Shown one piece after another: positions 61,201 through 64,000 of a stretch of 64,000 nucleotides of DNA (position 1 is its first letter; each line of letters opens with the position of its first letter). The stretch is from an uncultured Planctomycetaceae bacterium (GTDB lineage: Bacteria > Planctomycetota > Planctomycetia > Planctomycetales > Planctomycetaceae), in the NCBI GenBank assembly GCA_963976765.1, contig CAXBME010000008.1, forward strand, positions 186,001 through 250,000, given 5' to 3'. The notes beneath the pieces are model-generated. The model worked only from the letters and a program-made list of their open reading frames with translations. It was not told the DNA's origin and made no database searches. A program made the position numbers and the translations under genes.

Positions 61201-63305
61201 CCACCGTCCAGCGTGTCGGCTCCATAACCGCCGACAATCAGATCGTGCCCGTCGCCACCGTACAGCTCGTCGTCACCCAGTTCACCCAGCAGCACATCGT
61301 TCGAGTCTCCACCGGTCAGCGTATCGTCACCGCCACCACCGCGCAGCGTGACTGCAATTGTTGTGGCTCCTGACGCATCCAGTTCGTTGGCCCCATCACC
61401 GCCCGACAGATCGGCCCCTTCAACACTGGTGAGAGTATCCGTCTCGATGAGAGTTCGCCCACTATCGGCGTCGTGCAGTTCGAGAGCTGAGTTCGTTACA
61501 GTGAAATGTAGATTCGTTGATTCCACGACACGGTCAGTATCGGCCTCGCCATCAATGCTGTCCGCGCCATCTCCACCTGTCAGGGCATCGTCCCCATCCC
61601 CACCCTTAAGCGTGTCTGCGCCTGCACCACCAATCAGAGTGTCGGCAGCATTTTTGCCCTCCAGCAAATCGTTGCCACTGCCACCCGTCAGAGTGTCGTT
61701 ACCGGCGGAACCGTTGAGCGTTACGTTCCCGGAAAATCCCGAAGCATCCAGTGCATTGTCCGACCCGCCACCCGTGATCGCTGCCTCTTCAAAGGCACCA
61801 CCTCCGCCAGACAAAGTGTCCGTCACCAGAGTGTCTGTGCCGGTCAATGAACTGAACAACGAACTGCTGGTCAGCGTGAAATCCACATCGCCCGATTCGA
61901 CGATACGATCTGTCCCGGCTGTAGATATGATCGTGTCGTTCCCTGTACCGCCGGTCAGAACATTTGTTTGGCCACTTTGATCACCACCCTTCAACGTGTC
62001 GTCACCGCCGCCACCGTCGAGCGTCACACTCGCTCCAGTGACCGTGAATGCGGACGCGTCCAGATCGTTAGCCGACGCACCCCCGGTCAGATAAACCTCT
62101 TCAAAATCACCACTTCCAGATACCGTGTCCACCACCAGCGTGTCTGTGCCAGATGACGTGGTTGCCAGCGAGGTCCTGGTCAACGTGAAATCATCGTCCA
62201 GCGATTCGACGATGCGATCAGTACCGTCTGTGGATGTGATCGTGTCATTCCCAGCCCCGCCAGTTAAAAAATTCGTCATCCCGCTTAAGTCGCCACCAAT
62301 AAGTGTGTCTGCACCAGAACCACCGATGAGAGTCACACTTCCACCTGATACTGTGAACGCAGACGCGTCCAGTGTCACACCGCCCGAAGCGCCGGTTAGA
62401 CTTGCCCGTTCAAGACTTCCTGCGGAACCGATAACACTGTCTGTACCGGATGTGCCCATCAGACTACTGGTGGTCAGAGTGAATCCACCGGACGCCGCCA
62501 CCTCGATCAGTTGATCTGTGCCCCCGCCAGGATTGAATGTATCCGATCCAGCATTCCCCGTGAGCGAGTCATTTCCCGAGTTGCCAGTCAGCAGGTCATC
62601 ACCGGAACCACCCACGAGTGAATCGGCACCGTTGTTTCCGATCAGTGTTACATTACCCGCTGTGAACGTGCAGGCATCCAGCGTGTCATCGCCTGATCCG
62701 CCCGTCAGGCTGGCTGCTTCAATTCCGGAAAGTGTGTCATCGCCGAACCCTGAGAGTAGTGCGTTTGAAAGTTGAAAACTGATGCCGGTCGAACCGGAAT
62801 ACGTTTCTATGATGAGGTCGGTACCAGTGCCCCCGTCGATCGAATCGTCGAACTCGCTGCCGGTAATCGTGTCGTCCCCATCTCCCGCCATGATGGAGAC
62901 GTTCGTCAATGACGTGAAATCCGCGAGCTTCACTTCGGCGAGATTGAACGTCTGGTTAGCCGAACTTCCAGTATTGACGACTGAGATTGTCTCTACATCG
63001 GTCTTGAGAACCGTTGTACCGCTCATGCTATTGATTACATCACTGGATCCATTGTTTACAAGAACATAAGAACCGTCAGTGCCCACGATCACAATATCGC
63101 TATCGGCAGATGAATAGATAGTAAGCACTGGATCGGTCCAGTCCACCGTCACTGTCAGCATCACGCGGCTCTCAAAAACTTCGGCAGTTCTTCCAACTAA
63201 TGGAACACTTTCAACTGCGGCGAAGACCTGCCCCTTTCGGCGTTTTGAACATGAGGCCCGAAGACGTCGCAAGACATGCTGAATCCAATCGATCTTCATG
63301 TTCAT
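55224..63305 (-). CDS. Giant RTX/hemolysin-type Ca-binding repeat protein with LEPRxLL-like N-terminus and a central propeller-like domain
   Basis: Dozens of GG.G.D.L. nonamers; EVFESRVML; central non-repeat region with PWSADGS and ASPDGT.LMFSS.W; start 63305 or 63299. Confidence 0.9.
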   Translation of the reverse strand: MNMKIDWIQHVLRRLRASCSKRRKGQVFAAVESVPLVGRTAEVFESRVMLTVTVDWTDPVLTIYSSADSDIVIVGTDGSYVLVNNGSSDVINSMSGTTVLKTDVETISVVNTGSSANQTFNLAEVKLADFTSLTNVSIMAGDGDDTITGSEFDDSIDGGTGTDLIIETYSGSTGISFQLSNALLSGFGDDTLSGIEAASLTGGSGDDTLDACTFTAGNVTLIGNNGADSLVGGSGDDLLTGNSGNDSLTGNAGSDTFNPGGGTDQLIEVAASGGFTLTTSSLMGTSGTDSVIGSAGSLERASLTGASGGVTLDASAFTVSGGSVTLIGGSGADTLIGGDLSGMTNFLTGGAGNDTITSTDGTDRIVESLDDDFTLTRTSLATTSSGTDTLVVDTVSGSGDFEEVYLTGGASANDLDASAFTVTGASVTLDGGGGDDTLKGGDQSGQTNVLTGGTGNDTIISTAGTDRIVESGDVDFTLTSSSLFSSLTGTDTLVTDTLSGGGGAFEEAAITGGGSDNALDASGFSGNVTLNGSAGNDTLTGGSGNDLLEGKNAADTLIGGAGADTLKGGDGDDALTGGDGADSIDGEADTDRVVESTNLHFTVTNSALELHDADSGRTLIETDTLTSVEGADLSGGDGANELDASGATTIAVTLRGGGGDDTLTGGDSNDVLLGELGDDELYGGDGHDLIVGGYGADTLDGGVDADILIGAELRSYSTGALGNLVTTWAGAGSYAAGIAALEDSTQNQFLQASRFAADGTAQDATVSDDYAVNVLTGGTDPDELDWFIVSDEQIYDGITDSWNTVSDQTDIITDREFVDEDPENDPLEEIQEVLNPFAPQWAPADVAKPGYLEAGVTDATYGTSILRISGDAGTVAVPGTDTIWDGIVKNRYVTDSPWSADGSQIMLQSINPQSGSKTRFLLDGSTYEASLPEPDVDNGIWRWSRDPDQAALQYGFNTGTANEEIVRFDPTNGTSEETLPLPFDMDYSGKESIAWRDGREYTAIVGTADDGDVYLYIVNLTDSIWDNDDRENDAVITASFQLSGDESGYPYGSDPENVSRVGNYFSPEGSYFLASYNDGNGGYTISRLLQIDYETGVITPYDVPVVRTTGGYTGTPAQFDPNVTGSLPDSALALGYLPYSADHPAFAVARSGDVYLVSGSGHWNNWEPSSGVETRADADDLVGAILGLNLTDSSYKSLTDPDNEAGFSHLTATNYDNPGYVFVSYSGWEPGDTNTGTKYDGEIIAIDLDNPDGEYGSASGVVQYGTVSIVQHRTNHAGGLINYDDQAHVVASPDGTQLMFSSTWDEFQNEVSTYVVNLIPDANVWEPDLDMDDWNGGITLVRILDNDVAKVRLKESDTGTEIETRALTPFMQIVVNADSGGSALRIDYSGGNPVPAGGQLIFNGDSGNDSLSIINAPTTAPWVWTITDNDAGTLHGHGTIQFNGIESLIGGAGDDEFRIMEHDTGGSPDIWTGSIDGGGSGADDDTLSYAAWTTEVALNLDTTQTATGIGSLSDIEHLTGGTGNDTITGDSGDNVLIGGPGNDVINGKAGDDTLYGNAGNDSLLGGSDDDLLYIGTGTDRAVGNSGNDTLIAPDEENTWEIIGEPSASNQGKINTVTTFKEIETLQGGSSDDTFVLDKDVATLPGSMYGGEGVDHLDFSDFTTAVTASLTAGTASDATRSISISGIENVTGGTAADTLTGDANANILNGNGGADTLIGLAGDDTYVISTDATISIDETTLAGTSDAGGSDTLSYAAFTSSAVDVDLTSSAPYVTFIDSSLPLIENVIGGGGNDTLTGNSGDNILNGGGGNDSLSGGDGNDWLIGGDGGDTIDGGDDNDTVDGGAGNDSLNGNNGNDWLILDSTDTDDTINGGAGTDTLDYSNFESGVEFDLGMTSATGTNDANLTTIEAVIGGSGNDTLTGSSSAEEFWGGAGNDCISGGDGNDTIHGDSGDDWLIGGDGNDTYSFTDNPGTDMVVEVTSEGTDTLDFSAATQSVEFKINADTITATMGTDIVTHTGAGSVSFIESLVGGSGDDVFKFDMAVTSPSFEIDGGAKGSLAGGDGNDWVDYSKATAGQSIDLTSSLPGAGSFSDIENVIGSNSADTITGNSADNVLNGKDGNDSILGGTGDDTLLGGIGDDTLVGGDDDDVLNGQADNDSLTGGNEDDEFVYSSGTDTIDGGAGDNTIRASDETDAVSWAITASNAGTVSGTNGTATFSYIANLIGGYGNDTFDFSDGVGVSGSIAGGSGTDWLDYSDYTSTVTVDLANGTATGTSGISDIERINGGSVADTLTGDRNRNRIEGGAGNDTLNGGLWDDSLNGNGDADSLQGADGDDTLLGGAGNDVLDGGDGDDRLTGQSGNDSLTGGDGDDIVVETGSGSSPLTIAITDSSLSGFGTDTLNSDIEQASLTGASGADSLTATSFSGVVTLNGAGGDDTLNGTANNDLLLGAGGNDSISADAGDDTISGGSGNDYIIGWSGTDVLFETAGSGNDTITLTNTSMSGALGDDTLTTVERAELWGGDGDDTISAASFSGSVTLVGGDGDDSLTGTPLNDSLLGGRGDDSLYGSNGNDTINGGAGDDSLVGSFGDDRIAGHTGDDTITGDDGDDVLVGGAGADTLSGGDDNDFLIGDDVYLVDGSHDSSDAGVDSVAGDADTDTVSGGGDDTDTLSGETTDEEFNLFESFSSENFAWIDAV

Positions 63306-63667
63306 TTCCTTCAGTGAATTGCTTGAAAGATACGCCAAAACGATGTTCAAGTGGATGTGTGATCGTATCTGTTCGTTATATTTTCAAGCGTACCCATGCA
63401 ATTTAAGTCAAAGATGATACTGGGTCAGGTGTTCACAATGACTGCTTTCTGTGGTCAGTGCATGAAATCAACAGTTATCGATCTGTCATTATCAGTCATC
63501 TCATTTATCCGCACATTCCGCCTAATCTGAACTCGACACAGGATCATGTTCAAGAACGGATTCGCGCTGAACCGATGAGAATCAATACGATAAATTGATC
63601 GCGTCAGACGCAGGCACAAGCTGTGTTTTGTGGCACTGGACTCAGGCAAGGAAGCGGAGTCGATACC

Positions 63668-64000
63668 ATGCGGATTCAATTACCAGGACGGTTGTTGCGA
63701 TTGGGTTCGCGAAGACGGCGAGTCTCGCAGAAGCGACAGCCTCACACTGCCAGCGCTGCAGCACAGATTCAGTGCCTGGACTCGCGTGTTCTGCTTTCAG
63801 CAGTCACCGGTGGCACAGGTACTTTCGTGGACTCGGGACAAACGCAGGAGTCATACTGGTCAGTGTCGCTAGGGGATCTCAATGGGGATGGCAGCATTGA
63901 TGCCTTTGTTTCGAACCGCTATGTCGCGTTGGATGGAGCCATCAGTGGGGCCAACAGCGTCGTTTTGAACGATGGCACAGGAAATTTTGCTGCCGGCGAT
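63668..64000 (+). CDS. 5' part of an LEPRxLL-type extracellular protein with FG-GAP repeats (runs off the window; not in the ORF track)
   Basis: GGAG then ATG 63668: MRIQLPGRLLRLGSRRRR...IQCLDSRVLLS...SLGDLNGDGSIDAFVSN...LNDGTGNF, open to the end of the window. Confidence 0.85.
   Translation, partial: MRIQLPGRLLRLGSRRRRVSQKRQPHTASAAAQIQCLDSRVLLSAVTGGTGTFVDSGQTQESYWSVSLGDLNGDGSIDAFVSNRYVALDGAISGANSVVLNDGTGNFAAGD

Noticed and set aside
30230..64000. Second att copy (tRNA-Pro 3' fragment) or prophage genes
   Set aside because: No repeat of the tRNA 3' end and no capsid, terminase or tail genes were found by eye; a short serine-integrase core could be missed without a computed search.

Overview
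Planctomycete-like chromosomal DNA (DUF1549/DUF1553-type, PPC, LEPRxLL-type and Ser/Thr-kinase genes). Bases 1-30.2 kb are mostly ordinary host genes: polysaccharide modification, nnrE, an ABC ATPase, a PadR pair, an SDR with a GriC/GriD-like carboxylate reductase pair, hslVU and a kinase. At tRNA-Pro(TGG) (30156-30229) a genomic island begins that looks like an integrated, mobilizable plasmid. It has a large serine recombinase whose 3' end lies antisense inside the tRNA, a TM-less VirD4-like coupling protein operon with an orphan ParB, a tyrosine recombinase, ArdC, a ParE toxin-antitoxin pair and a MobF relaxase. It also has a hairpin-led cassette of small genes with an orphan DNA methyltransferase, a type Ib-like ParA/RHH partition cassette, and RepA with seven iterons and two DnaA boxes. 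Cargo includes a sigma-like/FGE-domain fusion and a GntR plus heme-oxygenase-like diiron enzyme bracketed by a duplicated gene. Beyond the origin lie a ~2,690-aa RTX-repeat protein and a divergent FG-GAP protein that runs off the window. No mating-pair (VirB) genes and no second att site were seen. All family calls come from motif recognition by eye, not database searches.
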